Source of the DNA: Verrucomicrobiota bacterium
GTDB taxonomy: Bacteria > Verrucomicrobiota > Verrucomicrobiia > Limisphaerales > SXTU01
DNA length: 64,000 bases
NCBI GenBank assembly: GCA_039796295.1
Contig: JBDKJY010000002.1
Span: forward strand, 49,931 to 113,930
Reading direction: 5' to 3'
The notes below the pieces were generated by a model that worked only from the letters and a program-made list of their open reading frames with translations, was not told where the DNA came from and ran no database searches. A program made the translations under genes and the position numbers. Of the stretch, positions 10,647 through 21,037 are shown piece by piece (the first letter of the stretch is position 1; every line of letters starts with the position of its first letter).

Positions 10647-11408
10647 ATGCCTATGAACCCAGAGGAAGTTACCACCCAAGTGCGGGAGCTGGAGTCACTC
10701 CGCGCACAGTTACGACTGTGGCGGACTGTCATCCCGCTCGTCACCGTTGGCGTCATCTGCTACGGCGTCTTCACCATCTACAGCTCCGCGGCGAACCTCC
10801 TCGTCGAAGGCCCGCCCCGCGAGGAGTTCGTCGCCGCGTTCACCGACGGGTTGAACAAGGAAATCCGCCCCGTCGTGGAAAAAGTCGCGCAGCAGACCTT
10901 CACCGAGACCCGCGAGGCGGTGAACCAGGAACTCGCCCGCCTCAATGACCGCACGCCGGAGATGGCCGGCGCACTCAAGCGAGAAATCGAAACCCTCGTC
11001 AGTAACATCCCCCGCCGGGGCGAGCAGGTGTTGCAAGCCTCCTTCGGCACGATGCTCAAGAAGCGCGAGGCCGACATCCGCAAGACCTATCCCGAAGTGA
11101 CGGAGCAGCGGGTCGCCACCCTGATGCTGGAACTGACCGACCTCTCGCACCAACGACTCGACCACGTCACGCATCAGCTCTTCTCCCCGCATCTTGAATC
11201 GTTGAGCGGCATCATGGATGACATCGCTCACATCCAGCGCACCGAGGCAGTAAATCCGCGCGAGGACCTCGCCTCTTGGGACATGGCGCTGCTGGTGTTC
11301 GACCTCATCAAGGACGAGTTCGCCAACCTGCATGTGGTGGAAAGCGACCTCACTGCCCCCGCGAAGCTCACGAAGAAACCCAAGTCCGCCAACCCCACCA
11401 AACCATGA
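10647..11408 (+). CDS. Hypothetical single-pass membrane protein, alpha-helical
   Basis: 253 aa, host-like codon usage, one N-terminal hydrophobic helix. Confidence 0.75.
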   Translation: MPMNPEEVTTQVRELESLRAQLRLWRTVIPLVTVGVICYGVFTIYSSAANLLVEGPPREEFVAAFTDGLNKEIRPVVEKVAQQTFTETREAVNQELARLNDRTPEMAGALKREIETLVSNIPRRGEQVLQASFGTMLKKREADIRKTYPEVTEQRVATLMLELTDLSHQRLDHVTHQLFSPHLESLSGIMDDIAHIQRTEAVNPREDLASWDMALLVFDLIKDEFANLHVVESDLTAPAKLTKKPKSANPTKP

Positions 11409-12175
11409 GCACTCCCGATTCCACCCCCGCTCCAGCTCCCGCTCCGGCCAGCCCCGTGTCCGTGGCCGAGCAGTTTCTCGCGGATGAACTGGCTGCCACC
11501 CGCCGAGCACTCCAGCGCACGCGGATCGCCGGCCTCATCATCATCGCAGTCGTCGTCACCTATATGAGCATCGTCGCGCGAGCGCTCAACAAGCAGTTGG
11601 AACCCAAGGCCGCCGCTGACTTCGCGACGACCTTCGTGACCGGTCAGGTCTTGGAAAAGACAGACGCCCTGGCCAACCAGGTCAAGGAACGGATCCCCGC
11701 GCTCGTCGCCGGCCTGCCGGACTATGTGCAGCGCGAACTACCGCGCCACCGCGAGGCGCTGGAGGCGCAGATTGAAGCGGACTTCAAGGAGCACTGCGCG
11801 GCCACCTCGCAGCAACTCGGCAAGCACCTCGACAACTTTCTCCAGGCCCACATCGTCCAGATTCGCACGCTACTCACGACGGCGGAGAACAAGCCGGAAC
11901 AACTCCAAGCGCTCGCGCCCGATCTGGAAAAGGAGCTAATCCTCTACCTCAGCGACAAGTCCGCCGGGGACGAATCGCTGAAGGAGAAGCTTGACCATGC
12001 GCTCGTCGAGTTACAGAAGGTCGAGCAGCAGGTGGACCGTCTCTCCAAAGGTGTGAACCTGACGCCGCAGGACAAGAAAGTCCGCCACGCCATCGCCGTC
12101 ATCGCCCGCAGCGCGGAGGAGCAGACCAAGCAGCTTCAAATGCAAATCAAAGACGCGCTACTCAAGGCGAAGTAG
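11405..12175 (+). CDS. Hypothetical single-pass membrane protein, alpha-helical
   Basis: ATG 11405 overlaps the upstream stop (ATGA); MSTPDSTPAP..., TM IAGLIIIAVVVTYMSIVA. Confidence 0.75.
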   Translation: MSTPDSTPAPAPAPASPVSVAEQFLADELAATRRALQRTRIAGLIIIAVVVTYMSIVARALNKQLEPKAAADFATTFVTGQVLEKTDALANQVKERIPALVAGLPDYVQRELPRHREALEAQIEADFKEHCAATSQQLGKHLDNFLQAHIVQIRTLLTTAENKPEQLQALAPDLEKELILYLSDKSAGDESLKEKLDHALVELQKVEQQVDRLSKGVNLTPQDKKVRHAIAVIARSAEEQTKQLQMQIKDALLKAK

Positions 12176-12198
12176 CCGTCGCAGCGGTTCAGTTCCAA

Positions 12199-12235
12199 GG
12201 GCACCGCCAGTTCTCCCGGCGGTGCCTTTTCATTT
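12199..12235 (+). terminator. Rho-independent terminator
   Basis: ggcaccgcc-loop-ggcggtgcc followed by ttttcattt, just after the 12175 stop. Confidence 0.8.
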
Positions 12236-12278
12236 CCGCACCTTGGAGCGCAGCTGTCCCCAGTTCTGGGCTCCAACA

Positions 12279-12307
12279 TTGAACTGCCGTGCTCGCGCCC
12301 CTACCTT
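12279..12307 (+). promoter_or_regulatory. Putative sigma70 promoter for a leaderless transcript
   Basis: TTGAAC-17 nt-TACCTT, 6 nt before ATG 12314, no Shine-Dalgarno. Confidence 0.55.
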
Positions 12308-12313
12308 CGGCCC

Positions 12314-13717
12314 ATGAATTCAGCAGCCCCATTCGACTTCGACGTGGCGGTCATCGGCGGCGGCAGCGCGGGCTACGCGGCGGCCCGTGCCACGGCGCGC
12401 GACGGCCTGCGGACCGTGGTCATCGAAGGTGGCCCGGAAGTCGGCGGGTTGTGCATCCTACGCGGCTGCATGCCGACCAAGGCGCTGCTCTACGCGGCGG
12501 AGGTGAAGCATCTCGCCGAGCACGCGGCAACCTGGGGTTTGCAGGTGCCGGAAGTCCGCTTCGACTTCGCGCAAGTCATGGCCCGTAAGAACGCGATGGT
12601 GGCGGACTTCGCTGGCTATCGGCGGCAACAATTGGAGAGCGGTCGTTTCCAATTTCTCCGCGCCAGTGCCCGCTTCGTGGACCCGCACACCATCGCGCTC
12701 GATAACGGCCAGCAACTCACCAGCGCCCACTTCGTTCTCAGCACCGGCTCCGCCCTCGCCCCGGTGCCGCTGCCGCAACTCGACGCCATTGGCTACCTCA
12801 CCAGCGACAGCGTGATGACGCTGGCGCGCCTGCCCCGGTCGCTCATCGTGCTGGGCGGCGGCGCGGTGGCGGTGGAGTTCGCGCAGTTCTTCGCCCGCTT
12901 CGGCGTGCGCGTGACGCTGCTGCAACGCAGCGCCCACCTGCTCCGCGACTTCGACCCCGACGCCGCGCAAGTCATCGAGTCGGTCTTTCGTCGCGAAGGC
13001 ATGGAGGTCGTCACAGGCACCCGCTTGCTCGACGCACACGCGGCGGACGGCTTGAAGCACATCACCTATGAGCACGAGGGCAAGACCCGCACCGTGGCAG
13101 CCGAGGAGATTTTCCATGGGCTGGGCCGCACGCCCAACATCGGCGGGTTGGACTTGGGCGCAGCGGGCGTCACCACGGACCCGCGTGGGCGCATCGTCAC
13201 CAACGACCGGATGCAGACAGTGGCCCCGCACATCTTCGCCGCTGGCGATTGCGCCGGGCCGCACGAGATCGTCCACCTCGCCATCCAGCAGGGCGAAATC
13301 GCCGCGCACAACGTGCTCCAGCCGCAGTCTCCGCGCAGCATGAACTACCAGCTCCTCACCAGCGTGGTCTTCACCGACCCGCAGGTCGCCTGCGTCGGAC
13401 TGACCGAGGCCCAGGCTCGGGCGAACGGCCGGGAGTTCATCGTGGCGAGCTACCCCTTTGCCGATCATGGCAAATCCCTACTGATGGAGGCCGAGGACGG
13501 CTTCGTGAAACTCCTCGCCGACCCGCGCTCCGGTGAAATCCTCGGCGGCGCGTGCGTCGGCCCGATGGGCGGCGAACTCATCCACGAAATCATCGCCGCC
13601 ATGTCCAAGCGCATGACCGTGGCCGAACTCGCCGCGCTCCCCCACTACCACCCGACTCTCGCCGAAATTTGGACCTACCCCGCCGAAGAGCTGGCCGCGC
13701 TGACCGCTGACCACTGA
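12314..13717 (+). CDS. Class I pyridine nucleotide-disulfide oxidoreductase (dihydrolipoamide dehydrogenase/MerA-like family)
   Basis: GGGSAG, GGLCILRGCMPTK redox disulfide, HYHPTLAE; lacks the MerA C-terminal Cys pair. Confidence 0.9.
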   Translation: MNSAAPFDFDVAVIGGGSAGYAAARATARDGLRTVVIEGGPEVGGLCILRGCMPTKALLYAAEVKHLAEHAATWGLQVPEVRFDFAQVMARKNAMVADFAGYRRQQLESGRFQFLRASARFVDPHTIALDNGQQLTSAHFVLSTGSALAPVPLPQLDAIGYLTSDSVMTLARLPRSLIVLGGGAVAVEFAQFFARFGVRVTLLQRSAHLLRDFDPDAAQVIESVFRREGMEVVTGTRLLDAHAADGLKHITYEHEGKTRTVAAEEIFHGLGRTPNIGGLDLGAAGVTTDPRGRIVTNDRMQTVAPHIFAAGDCAGPHEIVHLAIQQGEIAAHNVLQPQSPRSMNYQLLTSVVFTDPQVACVGLTEAQARANGREFIVASYPFADHGKSLLMEAEDGFVKLLADPRSGEILGGACVGPMGGELIHEIIAAMSKRMTVAELAALPHYHPTLAEIWTYPAEELAALTADH

Positions 13718-13735
13718 CCGCTGCCAGCGCCTTTG

Positions 13736-14485
<750 letters not shown>

Positions 14486-14579
14486 AACGAGACGGAGCGT
14501 AGCTAGGGACGGCCCCCTTGCCAACCCGGAACCCGAACCCGGAACTTGAACCCGCGTCACCCGAAGCGTGACAAGGGGC

Positions 14580-15449
14580 TCAATTGTGGAACGCGGGATT
14601 CCAAACCACCGGTCCAGTGAGGGATTCGCTGATGGATGAAGTGCCACCAAAGTTGCCCCCGTTGGTGATGGCGTGCTGCTTGATGAATTCGCCATGCCCA
14701 TCCAAGAACGAGAGGTTGCCACCGGTCCCGCCATGCCGCTTGGCAAAACTTCTCCACCGGTTCGCCGGGTTAACCGAGTTGAACGTGTTCGGAGTGCCGG
14801 CGTTCACTTCGGTGTTGGGACTGAAGGAAGTGTCGTAGAACGCCACGGTGGCCGTGGGATTAGGGACGCTCGCCAACCGCGCCATCCCTGGATACGCAGC
14901 GGTGCCCACCGTCTGCTTCAAATCGATGTTCATGCAGTAGCTGAAGAAACCATACTGGCCCTGCCCTGAGAGGATGGTCTCATCGGTCTGGACGAAACGG
15001 GCGGCGGGGCAGTTGAACAGCTTGCCCTTCCCACCCGGATACGGCAGCGACGTCGAGTTCTGTAGGAAGTTGGCCACGCCGGGCGCAACCCAATAACTCG
15101 ACAACGTCGGTTGGCTCATGGCGCTGGCGAGGACGTTGAACCAAGCCGCGCCATCAGCCGGCGTTCCGGAAGGCGCGGGAAGTGCGCCCGTGCCATACGT
15201 GCCGCTCGTGCCGCCCATGCCGTCGCGTGGGAGCACATCGTCGTTGTCCCCGGCATAGACATTGATGGCCAGCCCCCATTGCTTAAGGTTGTTGAAGCAA
15301 CTGGCCTGCTTGGCTTTATCCTTTGCCTTGCTCAGGGCCGGCAACAACATTCCCGCTAGGATCGCAATGATGGCAATGACGACGAGCAGTTCGATGAGGG
15401 TGAAGGCGCCGCCAAGTCGGCTGGCGCGGGAGGGAACGGGCTGGTTCAT
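14580..15449 (-). CDS. Prepilin-type N-terminal cleavage/methylation domain protein with H-X9-DG motif
   Basis: [25 protein letters not shown]; [15 protein letters not shown]. Confidence 0.9.
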   Translation of the reverse strand: MNQPVPSRASRLGGAFTLIELLVVIAIIAILAGMLLPALSKAKDKAKQASCFNNLKQWGLAINVYAGDNDDVLPRDGMGGTSGTYGTGALPAPSGTPADGAAWFNVLASAMSQPTLSSYWVAPGVANFLQNSTSLPYPGGKGKLFNCPAARFVQTDETILSGQGQYGFFSYCMNIDLKQTVGTAAYPGMARLASVPNPTATVAFYDTSFSPNTEVNAGTPNTFNSVNPANRWRSFAKRHGGTGGNLSFLDGHGEFIKQHAITNGGNFGGTSSISESLTGPVVWNPAFHN

Positions 15450-15647
15450 GCAGTGTATGTCAGAGTTGAGCTAGCTGCTTCAGTGCGTCAGGTCCCTGAC
15501 GCTCGGACTGGAACCGTAGTCATCGGGGGCGGGCCGGGCAAGTGTCCGAGCGTTACGGACCGGTGAAATATTTTCGGGCCACTCATGCGTGTTTCGCAGC
15601 CCACGGCGTTGACACGGGGGGCGGGAAAAAGTTCTACTGCCCGGACT

Positions 15648-16880
15648 ATGAAGTGCCATTTTCCCTTGGCCGCCGCGCTTTGCCTCAGCGTCGCGGGCGC
15701 GTTCGCCGCGGATGAGGCCGTCGTCAAGGCTCCCCGCGTCAATGTCCGCGGCCAGCCCACCACTGGCAGCGAGGTCGTCACCCAGCTCAAGCAAGGCGAG
15801 AAAATCACCGTACTCGAAGAGATCGTCCACCCCAAGCCCGGCAAGGACGAACCCGCCAAGTGGCTGCGCATCGCCCTCCCCTCGAACACACCAGTCTGGG
15901 TCAACACCCACTTCCTCACCAACGGCACCGTCGCCGTCCCGCGCCTGAACATCCGCTCCGGCCCCGGCGAACACTTCAGCGTCATCGGCCGCGTCCCCAA
16001 GGGCACCGCCGTGAAGGAACTCCGCCGTAACGGCGACTGGCTCGAAATCGAAGCCCCCGCCAACACCTTCGCCTATCTCGCCGCCGACCTCGTCATCCGC
16101 CAAGCCGGCGGACCCGCCCCCCTCCCGCCGGGCACCACCTCGCAGCTCGCCGGCACCAAGCCCGCGACAAAGACTCCCCCCACCAAGAACGGCAAACAAA
16201 TGGCCAAGGCCACCCCCAAAGGCCCGCCCATCGCCGCTCCCGACACCAAGCCCGCACTCGAACCCGTCGAGATCAAACCCATCACCGCGCCCCCCGTCGC
16301 GTTGCTGCCCGGCATCGCCGCGCCGCGCCCCACGGTCGTGACGCCTCCGCCGACCTTGGTCGCGGTCACGCCGCCGCCGGCACCCGCTCCGATCGCGCCC
16401 GTGCCACTGCCCGCTCCCATTGCCGAGCCGGTGAAAGTCGCCCCCCCCGCCGCCTTGACCGAGAATGTCCCGCCGTTGGTGGACCCCTTCCAATCCACCG
16501 GCCAATACAAGACCGATCCCGAACCCGAGCGTGGCTTTGGCAATTGGTTTAAGCGGGTGTTCTCCCGCAAGTCCGCTGACGTCAAGCCCGGGCCCGCCGC
16601 TGCCAAACCCGCAGTGGACGACGGCCCGTTGCCGCTACGCATCGTCTCCCGCGAAGGCATCGTCGCTCGCTCCTGGAACATCCAGACGCCGAGCGACTGG
16701 GCCTTGCAAGACCCCGACTCCGGCCGCGTCATCAACTACCTCTGGGCCACCTCCACCAACATCCCGTGGGCCTCGCTCAAGGGCCGCACCATCATCGTCA
16801 CCGGCGAGGAAGCGCTCGACGTCCGCTGGCCCAAGACGCCGGTGCTGCGGATCGAGACGCTCAAGACGGTGGATGAGTGA
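15648..16880 (+). CDS. Secreted SH3 (SH3b)-domain protein with Pro-rich linker
   Basis: Signal peptide; two SH3b-like repeats (VNVRGQP, LNIRSGPG...GDWLEI). Confidence 0.8.
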   Translation: MKCHFPLAAALCLSVAGAFAADEAVVKAPRVNVRGQPTTGSEVVTQLKQGEKITVLEEIVHPKPGKDEPAKWLRIALPSNTPVWVNTHFLTNGTVAVPRLNIRSGPGEHFSVIGRVPKGTAVKELRRNGDWLEIEAPANTFAYLAADLVIRQAGGPAPLPPGTTSQLAGTKPATKTPPTKNGKQMAKATPKGPPIAAPDTKPALEPVEIKPITAPPVALLPGIAAPRPTVVTPPPTLVAVTPPPAPAPIAPVPLPAPIAEPVKVAPPAALTENVPPLVDPFQSTGQYKTDPEPERGFGNWFKRVFSRKSADVKPGPAAAKPAVDDGPLPLRIVSREGIVARSWNIQTPSDWALQDPDSGRVINYLWATSTNIPWASLKGRTIIVTGEEALDVRWPKTPVLRIETLKTVDE

Positions 16881-16980
16881 GCCGAGCGGAGCAGGATCAG
16901 GATTAAGATTGGGAGCAGGAAGTGGCTCCGAACTTGCCGTCCCACCTGCTCGTGATCCTGATCTTAAACCGTCCCCCCGC

Positions 16981-17874
16981 ATGACCAACCTCATTGACGG
17001 CCGCGCCATCGCCGAGCAACTCCACACCGAGACCGCCCACCGCATCGCCGCGCTCAAGACGCGCGGCGTCCAGCCCGGCCTCGCCTTCGTCCGCGTCGGC
17101 GAAGACCCCGCCTCGCGCGTCTATGTCGGCATGAAGGAGAAGACCAGCCAACGCCTCGGCATCCAGTCCACCACCACCGTCCTTCCCGACACCACCACCC
17201 AAGCCGAACTCCTCGCCCTCATCGCCCAGCTCAACGCCGACCCGAGCTGCCACGGCATTCTCGTCCAAGCTCCCCTGCCCGCCCACATTGACCAAGCCAC
17301 CATCTTCGCCGCCGTCTCGCCCGCGAAAGACGTGGACGGCTTCCACCCCGTCAACGTCGGCAAGCTCATGCTCGGCGACCCCACCGGCTTCCTGCCCTGC
17401 ACGCCCGCCGGTGTCCACGAACTGCTCATCCGCAGCGGCGTCAAGACCGCCGGGGCCGAAGTCGTCGTCCTCGGGCGCGGCAACATTGTCGGCAAGCCGA
17501 TGACCGCCATCCTCTGCCAGAAAGCCAAGCACGCCGACGCCACCGTCACCCTCGTCCACTCGCGCACCCGCGACGTCGCCGCGCACTGCCGCCGCGCCGA
17601 CATCCTCATCGCCGCCATGGGCGTCCCCCACTTCGTGAAGGCCGACATGGTCCGCCCCGGTGCCATCGTGATGGACGTGGGCGTCAACCGCATCGCCGAC
17701 CCGACCGCGAAGAACGGCTCCCGCCTCGTCGGCGACGTGGACTTCGCCGCCGTCCAACCCCTCGCCGGCCTCATCACCCCGAACCCCGGCGGCGTCGGCC
17801 CCATGACCATCGCCATGCTGATGCAGAACACCGTGCGCGCTGCGGAGTCCGCGACCGGAGGGAAGAGTAGTTAG
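16981..17874 (+). CDS. folD: Bifunctional methylenetetrahydrofolate dehydrogenase/cyclohydrolase
   Basis: LIDGRAIA, KDVDGFHP, PCTPAG, ITPNPGGVGPMT. Confidence 0.96.
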   Translation: MTNLIDGRAIAEQLHTETAHRIAALKTRGVQPGLAFVRVGEDPASRVYVGMKEKTSQRLGIQSTTTVLPDTTTQAELLALIAQLNADPSCHGILVQAPLPAHIDQATIFAAVSPAKDVDGFHPVNVGKLMLGDPTGFLPCTPAGVHELLIRSGVKTAGAEVVVLGRGNIVGKPMTAILCQKAKHADATVTLVHSRTRDVAAHCRRADILIAAMGVPHFVKADMVRPGAIVMDVGVNRIADPTAKNGSRLVGDVDFAAVQPLAGLITPNPGGVGPMTIAMLMQNTVRAAESATGGKSS

Positions 17875-17934
17875 CGCGTCGTAATCAGCGCCCCGCCCAA
17901 TTCTCAACTCATAATTCTTAACTCTTAATTCCTC

Positions 17935-18357
17935 ATGAACATGACCCGCATCCTCCCCGACCTCCAAGCCGCCCTCGTCTGCGAAGACGTGCGCCAGGAA
18001 GTCACCGGCAACTTCATCCTCCTGGGCGTCACCGCCTTCCTGCGCGTGCCCCAAGTGCCCATCACCGCCAACCGCCTCTGCGTCTTCACCCGCTGGTGCG
18101 CTGGCGTAGGCAACTTCACCGAAAGCGTGCGCCTCCTCGCGCCCGACCAGACCACGGTCATCCGCGAAGCCAAGGTGAAGTTCGCCCTCCAAGACCCCGC
18201 CCACAACGCCACCAACCTCTCCGTCTTCGCCCAACTGGAAATCACCGCCGGCGGCATCTACTTCATCGAAGTGCTCGTGGACGACGTGATGAAACTGCGC
18301 TTCCCCCTCCCCGTCCTCGTCGCCCCGCCCGCCACCGCCCCCGCCCCGGGCGCGTGA
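17935..18357 (+). CDS. Conserved hypothetical protein (DUF6941-like)
   Basis: LVCEDVRQEVTGNFILLG motif; host-like codon usage. Confidence 0.7.
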   Translation: MNMTRILPDLQAALVCEDVRQEVTGNFILLGVTAFLRVPQVPITANRLCVFTRWCAGVGNFTESVRLLAPDQTTVIREAKVKFALQDPAHNATNLSVFAQLEITAGGIYFIEVLVDDVMKLRFPLPVLVAPPATAPAPGA

Positions 18358-18694
18358 CCCACTGGTAGGGCCCGGAGCCGCTGGCCGGTCGGCCACCGCA
18401 AGCCCCAGCCAGCCGAGGCCTTGCACAACCTGGCTCTCTATCGGGTGCTGGGTCCGCCTGTGCGGCAATCGCGCCCCGGCAGCTACCCGTGACCCTGATA
18501 CCAATGGCGCGCGGACTCATGCGCTCGCGAGCCCGTGTTCCCCAAAACCCCACCGGCTGCGGACCTGGGCTTCCGCGCTCCGGGGGGCAGGTTGCTGCGG
18601 CCAGAAGGCGGCCCTCCCACTGCTTCCGCCCGCGCCGAAGGTCGGGGGAAATTTCGGTGTCGTCGCCGGGGGCAGTCGCCACACTCTGGACGAC

Positions 18695-19804
18695 ATGACG
18701 ACCGACGCCGCTGTCGCGCCCACGCCCCGTTCCCTCCTCGACCTCTCCTTTGCGGAGTTGGAACGGGAGTTCGTCACGTCCCGGTTGTCGCCGCTGCATG
18801 CGCGCCCGCTGTGGCGGGCGCTGCACCACCACTTAAAGTCTGACTTTGCCGAGGCCCCAGACTTCCTGCCGCCCTTGCGTCGCTGGGTGACGGCGCACGT
18901 GGGCGAGGGGCGACGCTTCTTTGTCGAGGCAGCGCCCGAGACGGACGACCTCGCCAGTAGCGATGGGTTGACGCGCAAGTTTCTGCTGCGCCTGGCCGAC
19001 GGGCAGACAATCGAGACTGTGGTGATGGGCTTCAAGGGACGCCACACCGCCTGCGTGAGCACGCAGGCCGGCTGCGCGATGGGCTGCGTCTTCTGCGCGA
19101 CGGGCCAGATGGGTTTCGTGCGGCATCTACGGCCCGGCGAAATCGTGGCGCAGGTGCGTCATGCGCAGCTCGCCCTGCGCGCCGCCGGTGGAGCCGGCCT
19201 GCGCAATCTGGTGCTCATGGGCATGGGCGAGCCGTTGCACAACTACGACGCGGTGATGAAGGCGCTGGAAATCATCAGCGATCGGCGGGGGCTGAACCTT
19301 GGTCCGAGCAAGATCACGATCAGCACCGTGGGCGTGGTGCCGGGCATCTTGCGGTTGGCGGCGGAGCAGCGGCCGTATCAGCTCGCCGTCAGTTTGCACG
19401 GCGCGACCGAGGAGGAACGCTCGGCCTTGGTGCCGGCGAGCCGGCGGTGGCCCTTGGCGGAGTTGCTAGCCGCCTGCCGCGCTTACTTTGCCCAGACCGG
19501 TCGGCGCATCTTTTTCGAATGGACGTTGATTGCCGGGGCGAATGATTCCCCGGCCCAGGCCGAGCGGCTGGCCACGCTGCTGACTGGCCTGGATGCGCAC
19601 GTGAATTTGATCCCGCTCAATCCCACTGGGGGCTTTGCCGGTGCCGCCACGCAGTCCGCCGCCGCGAAGGCGTTTCAGGCGGTGCTGCAGACAGCCGACA
19701 TCCCGAGCACCATCCGCCAACGGCGGGGCATTGATGTGGCCGCGGGGTGTGGTCAACTGCGGGCGGAGCGGGCGCAGACCGAACGCGGGGTGGCGGGAGG
19801 TTGA
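18695..19804 (+). CDS. rlmN: Radical SAM RNA methyltransferase RlmN
   Basis: CVSTQAGCAMGCVFCATG, MGMGEP, NLIPLN, AAGCGQL. Confidence 0.9.
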   Translation: MTTDAAVAPTPRSLLDLSFAELEREFVTSRLSPLHARPLWRALHHHLKSDFAEAPDFLPPLRRWVTAHVGEGRRFFVEAAPETDDLASSDGLTRKFLLRLADGQTIETVVMGFKGRHTACVSTQAGCAMGCVFCATGQMGFVRHLRPGEIVAQVRHAQLALRAAGGAGLRNLVLMGMGEPLHNYDAVMKALEIISDRRGLNLGPSKITISTVGVVPGILRLAAEQRPYQLAVSLHGATEEERSALVPASRRWPLAELLAACRAYFAQTGRRIFFEWTLIAGANDSPAQAERLATLLTGLDAHVNLIPLNPTGGFAGAATQSAAAKAFQAVLQTADIPSTIRQRRGIDVAAGCGQLRAERAQTERGVAGG

Positions 19805-19915
19805 AACTGGGGGGCGAGCACTTCGCGCCCGAGAGGAATGGAATGTGGTCCTCCCGGCGGCGAGCGCACCAGTCTCATTTTGCCAGTTCGCCCCTTCCAC
19901 CCCATTGTCCCACGA

Positions 19916-21019
19916 ATGAGTTTTGCCATTCAGCACAGCGACTTGCGCGACCTCTACGACAAGGTCGTCGCCGGGGAGCGCCTTACCGATGCCGACGCGC
20001 TGCGGCTCTTCGAGAGCAAGGACATCAACGCGGTCGGAGCCATCGCGGACTTCGCGCGGCAGCGGAAGGTGGGCAACCGCGCCAGCTACATCCTCAACCG
20101 CTACATCAACTACTCGAACTACTGCATCCTCTCCTGCCAGTTCTGCTCCTTCGCCCGGAAGAAGCGCGATGCGGATGGCTTCGAGTTCTCCGTTGAGCAG
20201 ATGGTGCAGAAGGCGCGCGAGGCGCTCACGCTGGGCATCACGGAGCTGCACATCGTCGGGGGGCTTCATCCCTCGCTGCCGTTCAGCTACTACGTGGGCT
20301 TCCTCCAAGCGCTCAAGGCCCTCGACCCGCGCCTCCAGCTCAAGTGCTTCACGGCGATTGAAATCCTCCACCTCGCGTGGCTGGCGAAGAAGACTGTCGA
20401 GCAGACGCTCATCGAGCTCAAGGCTGCCGGCCTCGCCTCGCTCACTGGCGGTGGCGCTGAGATCTTTCGCAAGGAAGTGCGCCATGCCATCGCCCGCGGC
20501 AAGGAGAGCGCGGAGGAATACTTGGAGGTGCATCGCACTTGGCACCGGCTCGGCGGGCGGAGCACTTGCACGATGCTTTACGGCCACATCGAGAAGCTGG
20601 AAGACCGGGTGCATCACCTGAGCCTGCTACGGGCGTTGCAGGATGAGACGCGTGGCTTCACCGGATTTGTCCCCCTGCCCTACCAGCCGGAGAACAACGA
20701 CATCCCGGTCCGCACGTCGCCGACCGGATTCGACCAGCTCCGCACCATCGCGGTGAGCCGGCTCTACCTCGACAACTTCGATCACATCACCGCCTACTGG
20801 GTCGGGATGGGCCTCAAACTCGCGCAGGTGGCCCTCAGCTACGGCGCGGATGATCTGCACGGCACCATCGTGGAGGAGCACATCTTCCACATGGCCGGCG
20901 CGCAGTCCCCGCAGCTCCAGACCGAGGCTGCGATGGTGAAGGCGATTCGCGAAGCGGGGCGGGTGCCGGTGCAGCGGAATACGTTTTACGAACCGGTGAA
21001 GGAGTGGCCGCTCCAGTAG
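19916..21019 (+). CDS. mqnE: Aminofutalosine synthase (radical SAM, CofH/MqnC/MqnE family)
   Basis: INYSNYCILSCQFCSF, ELHIVGGLHP, GGGAEIF, TMLYGHIE, AYWV...AQVALSYGADD.GT..EE.IFHMAGA. Confidence 0.85.
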   Translation: MSFAIQHSDLRDLYDKVVAGERLTDADALRLFESKDINAVGAIADFARQRKVGNRASYILNRYINYSNYCILSCQFCSFARKKRDADGFEFSVEQMVQKAREALTLGITELHIVGGLHPSLPFSYYVGFLQALKALDPRLQLKCFTAIEILHLAWLAKKTVEQTLIELKAAGLASLTGGGAEIFRKEVRHAIARGKESAEEYLEVHRTWHRLGGRSTCTMLYGHIEKLEDRVHHLSLLRALQDETRGFTGFVPLPYQPENNDIPVRTSPTGFDQLRTIAVSRLYLDNFDHITAYWVGMGLKLAQVALSYGADDLHGTIVEEHIFHMAGAQSPQLQTEAAMVKAIREAGRVPVQRNTFYEPVKEWPLQ

Positions 21020-21037
21020 CCGCTCCACGATCCAGGT

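Noticed and set aside
18695-19804. Cfr-type antibiotic resistance methyltransferase
   Set aside because: Motifs and chromosomal context fit housekeeping RlmN; nothing specific points to Cfr.
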